Below are positions 18,018 through 26,240 of a stretch of DNA of 42,638 nucleotides, one piece after another. The position numbers and the translations under genes are program-made. Position 1 is the first letter of the stretch. Each line of letters starts with the position of its first letter. The notes under the pieces were generated by a model. The model was not told the origin of the DNA and did not search any database. It was given only the letters and a program-made list of their open reading frames with translations. This stretch comes from Minisyncoccia bacterium (GTDB taxonomy: Bacteria > Patescibacteriota > Minisyncoccia > Phycocordibacterales > CSBR16-119), in contig JBLHJW010000002.1 in NCBI GenBank assembly GCA_047619465.1, positions 1 to 42,638 on the forward strand, in the 5' to 3' direction.

Positions 18018-19022
18018 ATGTCATCACACGAAATACTTTTACCATCAAAACCACGTCTAGTTACAGAAGACGGAAACAAAGCTATATACGAAATAGATGG
18101 TCTTTATCCTGGGTATGGTCACACTCTAGGGAACTCTCTACGAAGAATTATACTTTCATCTCTACCAGGAGCTGCAATTACAAAAATAAAGGTTAATGGC
18201 GCAGGTCATGAATTTGAAGTTCTAGAAGGTGTACAAGAAGACGTTATAAACATAATTCTTAACCTAAAGAAGGTTCGTTTTAAATTAATCACTGGAGAAG
18301 CTCAAGTTGTGACTCTTTCTGCAAAGGAAGGTGTTGTAACAGCAAAGAGTATAACAGTTCCTGGTCAAGTTGAAATACTTAATGAAGATCAGTATATTGC
18401 AACTGTCACAGACAAGAAGAAAACTTTAGAAATTGAAATGACTGTTGAGCAAGGTCTAGGTTTTATCCAAAAAGCAGAAATCCAAAAAGAGAAAATGGAG
18501 TTGGGTCAAATTGCTATGGATGCAATCTTCTCGCCTGTTCGACGTGTTTCCTATGAAGTAGAAAATATGCGTGTCGGTGATAATACAAACCATAACCGAC
18601 TTAGGATTTCTATTGAGACTGATGGAACATACACTCCAAAGGAAGCTCTAGAAAAGTCAGTTGAGATTATGATTCTACAACTACAATCTATTCACGAGTT
18701 TAAAGGGCTTGATGAGATAAAAGAAGAAATGGCTGCTATAGAGAAAGAGAAAGCTGCTATCGCTGAGTCTGTTAAAGAAGCCAAAGAAGAAGAGGGGGAA
18801 GAAGAGGAGGTTAATGAGGAAGAAGAAGTTTTAAAAACTCGAGTGGAAGATCTAAATCTGTCTACACGTACACAGAACGCCCTTGATATCGCAAAGATCC
18901 GAACAGTTGGAGGAATTGCTCGAAAGTCAAAAGAAGATCTCTTAAACCTTGAAGGATTGGGAGATAAGGGTATTCAGGAAATCAAGCGAGCACTATCAAA
19001 TTTTGGAATATTGCTTAAATAA
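18018..19022 (+). CDS. rpoA: DNA-directed RNA polymerase alpha subunit with an extended acidic NTD-CTD linker
   Basis: GYGHTLGNSLRRILLSS in the NTD and a CTD HhH (LNLSTRTQNAL). The start is ATG 18018 or TTG 17997. Confidence 0.95.
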   Translation: MSSHEILLPSKPRLVTEDGNKAIYEIDGLYPGYGHTLGNSLRRIILSSLPGAAITKIKVNGAGHEFEVLEGVQEDVINIILNLKKVRFKLITGEAQVVTLSAKEGVVTAKSITVPGQVEILNEDQYIATVTDKKKTLEIEMTVEQGLGFIQKAEIQKEKMELGQIAMDAIFSPVRRVSYEVENMRVGDNTNHNRLRISIETDGTYTPKEALEKSVEIMILQLQSIHEFKGLDEIKEEMAAIEKEKAAIAESVKEAKEEEGEEEEVNEEEEVLKTRVEDLNLSTRTQNALDIAKIRTVGGIARKSKEDLLNLEGLGDKGIQEIKRALSNFGILLK

Positions 19023-19068
19023 GTATAAGCTATTGCAAATTCAGAAAAAATCAGTAAACTACTAAACC

Positions 19069-19425
19069 ATGCGACATCATAACAAAAACCGAAAATTTGG
19101 ACGAAAGCGAGATGTACGAAACGCTCTTATGAAGTCGTTGGCTATTTCTCTTATTCGACATGAGAAAATCCAGACAACAGAAGCCAAAGCTAAGTCTCTA
19201 CGACCTATGATTGAGAAGCTTATAACAAAGTCTCTTATGGGGACTCTTGCTTCGCGTAACATTGTTCGATCACGTCTGATTAACCAGAACGCAGAGACAA
19301 AGAAGCTGGTTGATGATATCGCTCCACGATACAAGGATGTTAATGGTGGATATACACGAATTACAAAAATGCCTCAGCGTCTATCAGATGGAGCTAGAAT
19401 GGCTATAATCGAATTTGTTAAATAA
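19069..19425 (+). CDS. rplQ: 50S ribosomal protein L17
   Basis: MRHHNKNRKFGR..., GGYTRI motif. Confidence 0.95.
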   Translation: MRHHNKNRKFGRKRDVRNALMKSLAISLIRHEKIQTTEAKAKSLRPMIEKLITKSLMGTLASRNIVRSRLINQNAETKKLVDDIAPRYKDVNGGYTRITKMPQRLSDGARMAIIEFVK

Positions 19426-19427
19426 AC

Positions 19428-19781
19428 ATGGAACCAAAAACTTATACAATTGATGCAACAGGAGAAAGCGTTGGTCGCGTAGCGAGCAAGGTAGCTGTTA
19501 TTCTTATGGGAAAGAATGCAACAGATTTTATGAACAACAAAGTTGCAAATCACAAAGTTACTATTGAGAATGCTTCTAAAGCAAAAATATCTCAGAAGAA
19601 GATGAAGACTACAGAGTACTCACAGTATTCTGGATACCCAGGAGGTTTGAAATTTGTTACTATGGAAAGAGTTATAGAGAAGTTTGGTTATAGTGAAGTG
19701 TTTAAGAAGGCTGTCTACGGAATGCTTCCAGGAAACAAGCTTCGATCACCTAGAATGAAGAATCTAACAATCACTGAATAA
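19428..19781 (+). CDS. rplM: 50S ribosomal protein L13 (short)
   Basis: L13-like sequence (GRVASKVAVILMGK, YSGYPGG, MLPGNKL). Confidence 0.9.
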   Translation: MEPKTYTIDATGESVGRVASKVAVILMGKNATDFMNNKVANHKVTIENASKAKISQKKMKTTEYSQYSGYPGGLKFVTMERVIEKFGYSEVFKKAVYGMLPGNKLRSPRMKNLTITE

Positions 19782-19783
19782 TT

Positions 19784-20191
19784 ATGGCTACTACTAAAAA
19801 ATACACAGAATCAATAGGACGACGAAAAACTGCCACAGCCCGAGTAAGACTTACTGAAGCTAAGCAACTTTCTATAGTAGTTAACGATAAGGAATCTTCT
19901 ATATATTTTCCTACAACAGAACTTCAGAAGATCATCCACGACTCTTTCTCACGAACAAAGATAGACGATGGATATAGCATTACTGTTCTTGTTTCTGGTG
20001 GAGGAATACATTCACAGGCAGAAGCTGTACGACATGGAATTGCTCGATCACTTGTAAAGATCGGAGGAGATGAAAATAAGATTCTTCTGAAAGTAGAAGG
20101 ATACCTAAAAAGAGACCCTCGATCTAAAGAGCGACGAAAGGCTGGAAAGGCTGGAAAGGCTCGAAAAGGAAAGCAGTGGTCAAAACGATAA
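19784..20191 (+). CDS. rpsI: 30S ribosomal protein S9
   Basis: GRRKTATARV, GGGIHSQAEAVRHGIARSL, C-terminal ...KR. Confidence 0.95.
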   Translation: MATTKKYTESIGRRKTATARVRLTEAKQLSIVVNDKESSIYFPTTELQKIIHDSFSRTKIDDGYSITVLVSGGGIHSQAEAVRHGIARSLVKIGGDENKILLKVEGYLKRDPRSKERRKAGKAGKARKGKQWSKR

Positions 20192-20207
20192 TAACTATTT
20201 TAATTTT

Positions 20208-20232
20208 AAAACACTCGAAAGAGTGTTTTTTT
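20208..20232 (+). terminator. Rho-independent terminator ending the ribosomal block
   Basis: AAAACACTC-GAAA-GAGTGTTTTTTT. Confidence 0.85.
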
Positions 20233-20254
20233 GTTTGTCTGTTATACTACAGCT

Positions 20255-21874
20255 ATGAAAATTAATTCACTGATCTCAAAGCAAACAACATTACTTCTAA
20301 TTCTTGCAATTTCTTTTGCAACACTTTTCTTACCTTTAACAAGTGTCCAAGCTGCAACGCTAAAAACAGGCATGGACGCTAGCGATGTAATCGGTTCTCC
20401 GAGAACATTCACAACAACTGCTGCAACCATCACCTCAAGTGGTTTTACTTTTCCCATTGACACTTATTTAGACACAACGAATAACTACTTATTCACTATG
20501 TCGCAAATATCTAATCGTGTCCTTGTTTTTAATCTTAACGCCGATCACACTCTGATTGACTACACAGCTGACTATGTTCTTGGTCAGACAGACTTTACTT
20601 CAAGCAGCACGTCAACGACAGCTTCAACATTTTCAAAAATAAGATCTATTACTGTGGATGAGGCAAACCAGAGGCTGTATGTTAGTGACACTGGATCAAG
20701 CCGAGTTCTTATGTTTGACTATTCAGTCAGTTTTTCAAATGGAATGAGTGCTTCAAGGGTTCTTGGTCAAGCCAACTTTACCGCTAGTGCTGCTACTGCA
20801 ACACAGTCAGGGATGGAAGAGCCATCCTCAATTGAATACGACGCCACGAATGAGAGATTGTTTGTTTTAGATGCCTTTGGCGAAAGGGTCCTCATTTTTG
20901 ACACATCAGATGGTGTGACAAACAATGAGGCCGCTATTAATGTTCTTGGTCAAGACGATTTTATTTCAAACGGAGGTACAACAACTCAAAGCGGTATAAG
21001 TAACACTGAAGATGTGTCATATGACTCTGATACATCATACTTGTATGTTGCCGATCCCGCTAACAAAAGGATTATGGTTTGGGATTTGTCATCTGTGGTT
21101 ACAAATGGAATGGATGCAAGTTACGTTCTTGGTCAAGCAGACTTTACTTCAGATACTGATTTTGGGACAACACAAAAATCTGTAAGTAATTTAACGTCGG
21201 TTTCTGTCGACACGGTAAATAATCGTTTGTATGTTGGTGACACTAATCGAGTGCTCGTCTTCGACATCTCATCAGGTGTCTCAAACAATATGGATGCAAC
21301 ATATGTTATCGGTCAAGCCGACTTTGTAAGTAATTCAGGAAACAGGGGAGGGTCTGCTGGAGCGAATACATTGTTTTATGTTTTTGGTGTGGATATAAAC
21401 GAGTTAGACAATATTCTTTATGTTTCTGATACAGGGAATACCCGAGTTCTAATCTTCGACCTCTCAGCCACAGTCTCATCATCCCCATCAACCGGCCTCT
21501 CCTACACCCACCCACCACTCTGCAAAGCCACAATCACTCCAAACACAATAACAGCAGGAGAAGAAACAACACTAAGCTGGAACACAACATGGCCCACAGA
21601 CAGACAATCAAACTACTACACCAAAGTACCAGGAGAAGGACTATACTCTTCCAGTGTAAACTCAATATCAATACAACCAAAACACACTACAACCTACAGA
21701 CTAGCTACATTCAACCTATGGGGAGCAAACTTCTGCGAAGCTACAGTAGAAGTACTAGACACCGAAGGAGAAGAAGTAACCTCTGAAAGAAACTCTATAC
21801 TGACTGCTTCAGCTGCAGGGAACTCATTCTTTAGACCAATTATTTCGTTCTTTGCTGGATTGTTTGTGAGGTAA
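20255..21874 (+). CDS. Secreted NHL-repeat beta-propeller protein, paralog A, with a conserved C-terminal Ig-like module and hydrophobic tail
   Basis: Signal peptide ending LTSVQAAT. About six blades carry GMDASYVLGQADFTS and NRVLVFD-type NHL motifs. TGtTATACT lies 6 nt before the ATG. Confidence 0.85.
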   Translation: MKINSLISKQTTLLLILAISFATLFLPLTSVQAATLKTGMDASDVIGSPRTFTTTAATITSSGFTFPIDTYLDTTNNYLFTMSQISNRVLVFNLNADHTLIDYTADYVLGQTDFTSSSTSTTASTFSKIRSITVDEANQRLYVSDTGSSRVLMFDYSVSFSNGMSASRVLGQANFTASAATATQSGMEEPSSIEYDATNERLFVLDAFGERVLIFDTSDGVTNNEAAINVLGQDDFISNGGTTTQSGISNTEDVSYDSDTSYLYVADPANKRIMVWDLSSVVTNGMDASYVLGQADFTSDTDFGTTQKSVSNLTSVSVDTVNNRLYVGDTNRVLVFDISSGVSNNMDATYVIGQADFVSNSGNRGGSAGANTLFYVFGVDINELDNILYVSDTGNTRVLIFDLSATVSSSPSTGLSYTHPPLCKATITPNTITAGEETTLSWNTTWPTDRQSNYYTKVPGEGLYSSSVNSISIQPKHTTTYRLATFNLWGANFCEATVEVLDTEGEEVTSERNSILTASAAGNSFFRPIISFFAGLFVR

Positions 21875-21917
21875 AAAACTTTGTTTAAAAAGCACCCGAG
21901 AGGGTGTTTTTTTCTAT
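21452..21917 (+). repeat. Direct repeat copy A (3' module of paralog A plus its terminator)
   Basis: Aligns by eye with 24989-25452. Exact runs of 33, 63 and 79 nt (the 79-nt run is 21681-21759). Confidence 0.9.
21886..21913 (+). terminator. Rho-independent terminator
   Basis: CACCC-GAGA-GGGTG followed by TTTTTTT. Confidence 0.8.
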
Positions 21918-22008
21918 GCATTCATAATTTAGATAAATAATTACTCTAATTGACTTAAATAAATTATGTGTTATATTTAAATTAAATTCTAACAAAAACT
22001 AAAGTACC

Positions 22009-23700
22009 ATGAAAAAAATGAAGAGAAGTATGCAACTTTGTGTTGTGGCGCTGCTATGCGCGAGTATGCTTGATATAACGGTGAGCAATGCCCAAAATGG
22101 TATACAACACCTTGAAAAGTTCCCGGGATCTGAAGATTTTTCGTTTCAAACAAGTGGGATAAAATTTACTATTGTTGATGCGATGAATAAATCGCAAAAC
22201 TCAGAGATGCCATATATTGCGGGTACCCCTGGTGCCTCTCAATTCAATGCATCAATTGCAACAATTGGAGCGGGTCTTCTTATTCCAGATAGTGCTACAC
22301 CTTTCGAGTTGCCTAAGAACAGACCAGTCATGTGGTTTTGGAATATTCAAAATCATATTATTGCGAAACTCCCCGGTTCAATTCGGGACTTAAAGTTTTA
22401 CCCTGTGGAGGGTTCAATGGGTGATACGACCTACTACTGGTCATACCAAGACCTTCAACGGATTGAAGTTATTGGTCAAGACACGAATTACTACGTAACC
22501 GTGGTAATTGGTCAGGATACGACATGGTCTCGAGAGATTAGATTTGAGAATAATGTGAATTATTTCCTTGATGCGGAGGCAGATGGTCATGATCATTTTT
22601 TCAATCCTAATTTTCCTGGTGGTCTCGTTGCCTATGTGTGGATGCTCTATGAGGAGAGGGATATGTCCGCCTTTGATTGTGGTGGTCAGCCGTGCTCTGA
22701 AGCAATGGTAATGGGGATTGAATATGTCCAGATTAAAAACTCTACTGGTGAAACACTTCGTCAGTACAAGCTGGATGATTTTGATCAGTCTGAAATCATA
22801 GAATATTATCTCACAGATAGAGAGGATCCATATTTTGCTTCTCAGCAATACTGGTTGAATTCAGTGGATATGCCACAGAATAACGACAGCGTTGTGTTGT
22901 GTAGTGCCAGAAGGATTAATGACATCTTTGCCTATGGTCCTTCAGGGGTTCAGTTTAGATTCAAGGATCTTGCCTGGACGGGAGGTGACAGTGTCACCGT
23001 GGCTGGGCAACACTCTGCAAAGATTCTCTCCTACGATGAGTTTCAGATGGATTTTATCTTTTTCAATAATGCTGTACCCGAGGCGGGAGGAGACACTATT
23101 TCCGAGGCAATTATTGCGAGAGTGGATTTCCAGAATCAGACCAGACAGATTCTTTCGAGGTATGGAGGAGAATATGGTTTGTACGGAAATGCTATGGGTA
23201 ATGCTGGCGCGATTGGAAGCTCTGTTTCCATGTGCTACGGCTTCGGCTTCGAGCATATGTATCCTCTTGGAAATCCTTCAGGTCTAGAATACTCGACTTT
23301 GGACGGAAGTGTCTTGAGAGAGATTTACCTGCCTGACTTCAACTTCTCTGCGGGGATGTATCTTCATGAGCCAAAGAACATGGAGTGGCTCGTAGACATA
23401 CTCGCTGTAGAAGATTCCGTAAATTTGGGGGGACGGTGGATGTATCGAGTGGATGACCCGCTTGCTGTGAGAGAGGTTGCAGAGGTTAAGAGCTTACTGC
23501 TCTATCCAAATCCAGCAACTAACATCGTTACTCTTACAGAGAAAGTTCACCAGGTGAGACTTTTTGCCATTGATGGTAAAGAGGTCTTCGCTCCACGGAG
23601 AGGCAAGGTTCTTGATGTAAGCTCTCTTGTTAAGGGGGTATACGCCATTCATTTGGCACATCCAGACGGTTTGTTTGTTGAAAGATTGATTATCCAGTGA
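22009..23700 (+). CDS. Secreted protein with a T9SS (Por) type-A C-terminal sorting domain
   Basis: Signal peptide MKKMKRSMQLCVVALLCASML...AQ. The last 68 aa (23494-23697), LLLYPNPATNIVTLT...VRLFAIDGKEV...LVKGVYAIHL...ERLIIQ, match the T9SS CTD pattern (yPNPa, D..Gk.v, l..GvY). Confidence 0.85.
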   Translation: MKKMKRSMQLCVVALLCASMLDITVSNAQNGIQHLEKFPGSEDFSFQTSGIKFTIVDAMNKSQNSEMPYIAGTPGASQFNASIATIGAGLLIPDSATPFELPKNRPVMWFWNIQNHIIAKLPGSIRDLKFYPVEGSMGDTTYYWSYQDLQRIEVIGQDTNYYVTVVIGQDTTWSREIRFENNVNYFLDAEADGHDHFFNPNFPGGLVAYVWMLYEERDMSAFDCGGQPCSEAMVMGIEYVQIKNSTGETLRQYKLDDFDQSEIIEYYLTDREDPYFASQQYWLNSVDMPQNNDSVVLCSARRINDIFAYGPSGVQFRFKDLAWTGGDSVTVAGQHSAKILSYDEFQMDFIFFNNAVPEAGGDTISEAIIARVDFQNQTRQILSRYGGEYGLYGNAMGNAGAIGSSVSMCYGFGFEHMYPLGNPSGLEYSTLDGSVLREIYLPDFNFSAGMYLHEPKNMEWLVDILAVEDSVNLGGRWMYRVDDPLAVREVAEVKSLLLYPNPATNIVTLTEKVHQVRLFAIDGKEVFAPRRGKVLDVSSLVKGVYAIHLAHPDGLFVERLIIQ

Positions 23701-23714
23701 TTCGTTTCATTGGT

Positions 23715-23744
23715 AAAACCCACGACTTTTGTCGTGGGTTTTCT
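23715..23744 (+). terminator. Rho-independent terminator
   Basis: AAAACCCACGAC-TTTT-GTCGTGGGTTTT. Confidence 0.85.
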
Positions 23745-23773
23745 GTATTTATTTTTTCTGCTAAACTATAGTG

Positions 23774-25411
23774 ATGAAAATCAAATCAATATTATCTAAA
23801 CAAACAACATTAATCCTTATCCTTACAATTTCTTTTGCAACTCTGTTTCTTCCACTAACATCACTTCAGGCTGCAACGATTTCAAATGGCATGGAAGCGA
23901 GTAATGTTATTGGTCAATCAGACTTTACCTCAAACACAGCGCTTATGGATCAGTCTCATATCATTGTCCCAACTGCTATTGCATACGATACGGTGAATGA
24001 CATATTATTCGCCGCAGGTTTAATTTTTGATGATGAAGACAACGACGCGTTTAGAATCGTCACATATGATCTATCAAGTGGAATCACAGACGGTGTGAAT
24101 GCCACGAACGTCATAGGTCAGGCTAACTTTACCGCAGCTGTTACAGGGACTACTGCTGGAACATTTAGCACACTGATCTCTGATGTTGAATATGATTCAG
24201 TGAATGAAAGACTTTTTGTTTCTGACTATTTTAACTCTCGAGTTCTTGTTTTTGACCTTTCGGGTGGAATTACAAATGGGATGAGTGCGACTTACGTTCT
24301 GGGTCAAGCTAATTTAACAACACTTGATGTGCCTGGTTCCAATCTTGCCACAAGTACGGTAGGTTTTCCTGATAGTCTTGCTTATGACTCTCTCAATGAC
24401 ATGTTGTTTGTTGGGGACACTTTTTATGAGCGAGTAGTGGCGTTTGATTTGTCAGGAGGAATCACAAATAACATGGATGCCTCATATGTTATCGATGATA
24501 CTGACTTTAATACTCCGGTTGCCGGTTTAACACAGAGCGCGTTTCAAAATCCAAAGGGTCTTGAATATGACTCTCAAAATAAGTACCTGTATGTTGCCTC
24601 AGACCTTCAAAACAGAACACTTGTCTATGATTTTTCAGGCGGAGTATCAAATGGGATGAGCGCAAGTTATGTGCTTGGTCAAGCAGACTTTACCTCAAAC
24701 ACAGCGACAGTTAGCGCTTCAGGGTTAAGTGGCCCATCAGATATTGCTTACGATCATTCATCTTTGACACTTTTTATTTCTGACTCATCTAATAACAGAG
24801 TTCTTGGCTACGATATATCAGGTGGAATCACAAATGGAATGGAAGCCAGCAACGTTCTTGGTCAATCGGATTTTTTATCAAATTCAACAGGTCTTACATC
24901 TAGGACACTTAATGAGCAAGGTAAGATGGTTTTTGATCCAACCTCTGGTAGTCTTCTTGTCGCCGATACGTCAAATTATAGAGCTTTGATCTTCGACCTC
25001 TCAGCCACAGTCTCATCATCCTCAGAAAACGGCCGAGGCTACATCCACCCACCACTCTGCGAAGCCACAATCACTCCAAACACAATAACAGCAGGAGAAG
25101 AAACAACACTAAGCTGGAACACAAACTGGCCTACAGAGAACCAAAACACCTACTACTCTAAAGTTCCAGGAGAGGGACTCTTCTCAAGCAAGGTAAACTC
25201 AATATCAATACAACCAGAACACACTACAACCTACAGACTAGCTACATTCAACCTATGGGGAGCAAACTTCTGCGAAGCTACAGTAGAAGTACTAGATGAA
25301 AATGGAGAAGAAGTAACATCAAACAATAACTCAAGACTTACTGCTGGAGTTTCTAATTCACCTATTGTTAGAGCTGTAACTTCTTGGTTTGCTGGTTTGT
25401 TTGTGAGGTAG
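23774..25411 (+). CDS. Secreted NHL-repeat beta-propeller protein, paralog B
   Basis: Same architecture as 20255-21874. The signal peptide and last ~140 aa are conserved and the propeller core is diverged. TGcTAAACT lies 6 nt before the ATG. Confidence 0.85.
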   Translation: MKIKSILSKQTTLILILTISFATLFLPLTSLQAATISNGMEASNVIGQSDFTSNTALMDQSHIIVPTAIAYDTVNDILFAAGLIFDDEDNDAFRIVTYDLSSGITDGVNATNVIGQANFTAAVTGTTAGTFSTLISDVEYDSVNERLFVSDYFNSRVLVFDLSGGITNGMSATYVLGQANLTTLDVPGSNLATSTVGFPDSLAYDSLNDMLFVGDTFYERVVAFDLSGGITNNMDASYVIDDTDFNTPVAGLTQSAFQNPKGLEYDSQNKYLYVASDLQNRTLVYDFSGGVSNGMSASYVLGQADFTSNTATVSASGLSGPSDIAYDHSSLTLFISDSSNNRVLGYDISGGITNGMEASNVLGQSDFLSNSTGLTSRTLNEQGKMVFDPTSGSLLVADTSNYRALIFDLSATVSSSSENGRGYIHPPLCEATITPNTITAGEETTLSWNTNWPTENQNTYYSKVPGEGLFSSKVNSISIQPEHTTTYRLATFNLWGANFCEATVEVLDENGEEVTSNNNSRLTAGVSNSPIVRAVTSWFAGLFVR

Positions 25412-25452
25412 AAAACTTTGTTTAAAAAACACCTGAAAGGGTGTTTTTTTCT
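24989..25452 (+). repeat. Direct repeat copy B (3' module of paralog B plus its terminator)
   Basis: Partner of 21452-21917. Confidence 0.9.
25424..25450 (+). terminator. Rho-independent terminator
   Basis: CACCT-GAAA-GGGTG followed by TTTTTTT. Confidence 0.8.
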
Positions 25453-25506
25453 TGCGGAAAGTTGAATGTTGTACTAGACTCATATCAAACAAGAAAAGTA
25501 GGAGAT

Positions 25507-26172
25507 ATGCAAGACAAAAACAGTATTTTGGTATCGACAGGTAAGATATGCCTATGTTGTGGTGGGAGAGGAAACCACATACAAAAAGAACATTATATGG
25601 AAACTCTGGATAATTACGCTGGTTTGGATCATATCACTATTCCAATGGGGCCTGCCTCAACAAGCCAAGTGGAAACAATCAGGTTTATTTGTCCAACGTG
25701 CGGGTTTAACCCAAGCTTCGTAAGAATCGATGGATCCGAAATGTACAACGAGGAAGATGAAAAAAGACTCTTCAAAATTTTAAAGGATACGTACCCTGCA
25801 AAGTTATCAATGTTCGATGATCGGGTTGATCTGTTTAAAAAAGATCATAATAGAGAATTTGTTCTTTTTGGGTTGACTACTCTTGTCGCTCCTGGATCTG
25901 TAAGAGTTAAGAAATCAAAGGATGATAAATTATTTGCCTTTGGTGAAAATCCATACTGGCTTCAAGAGCGTAAAGTGGTAATCTCATGGTCAGGGACTAA
26001 ATGGATTTCTATTTCAGAGAGAGAATCGGCTGCAGCTGGTGGCATGAAAAATAAACCAGTAGACAATGATGAGCCGCTTCCAGAAGAAGCTGTACCCATG
26101 ATGGAGTTCTATATACAGGGAGATCGCTACACAGAATCTTTCTTTATTGGAAAAAACTTCTTAGAAGAATAG
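25507..26172 (+). CDS. Hypothetical protein with an N-terminal zinc ribbon
   Basis: CLCCGG...CPTCG cysteine pairs. AGGAG lies 4 nt upstream of ATG 25507, one of the few SD sites in the window. The tracked start at 25441 lies inside the preceding terminator. Confidence 0.7.
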   Translation: MQDKNSILVSTGKICLCCGGRGNHIQKEHYMETLDNYAGLDHITIPMGPASTSQVETIRFICPTCGFNPSFVRIDGSEMYNEEDEKRLFKILKDTYPAKLSMFDDRVDLFKKDHNREFVLFGLTTLVAPGSVRVKKSKDDKLFAFGENPYWLQERKVVISWSGTKWISISERESAAAGGMKNKPVDNDEPLPEEAVPMMEFYIQGDRYTESFFIGKNFLEE

Positions 26173-26180
26173 CTATTACA

Positions 26181-26207
26181 AGTCCCGCCATGAGCGGGAC
26201 TTTTTTA
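26181..26207 (+). terminator. Rho-independent terminator
   Basis: AGTCCCGC-CATGA-GCGGGACT followed by TTTTT. Confidence 0.85.
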
Positions 26208-26240
26208 TATCTGGTGTCCTACACATGCTATAATAGTGAA

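Noticed and set aside
20140-20170. Short tandem repeat aaggctgga x2-3 at the rpsI 3' end (AGKAGKARKGK).
   Set aside because: This is ordinary lysine-rich low complexity in a ribosomal protein tail and is not a meaningful repeat element.
25441-25506. Upstream start codons for the zinc-ribbon gene (25441) and the helicase (26190).
   Set aside because: Both candidate starts lie inside rho-independent terminator hairpins. The downstream ATGs have an SD site (25507) or a TGcTATAAT box at -6 (26241).
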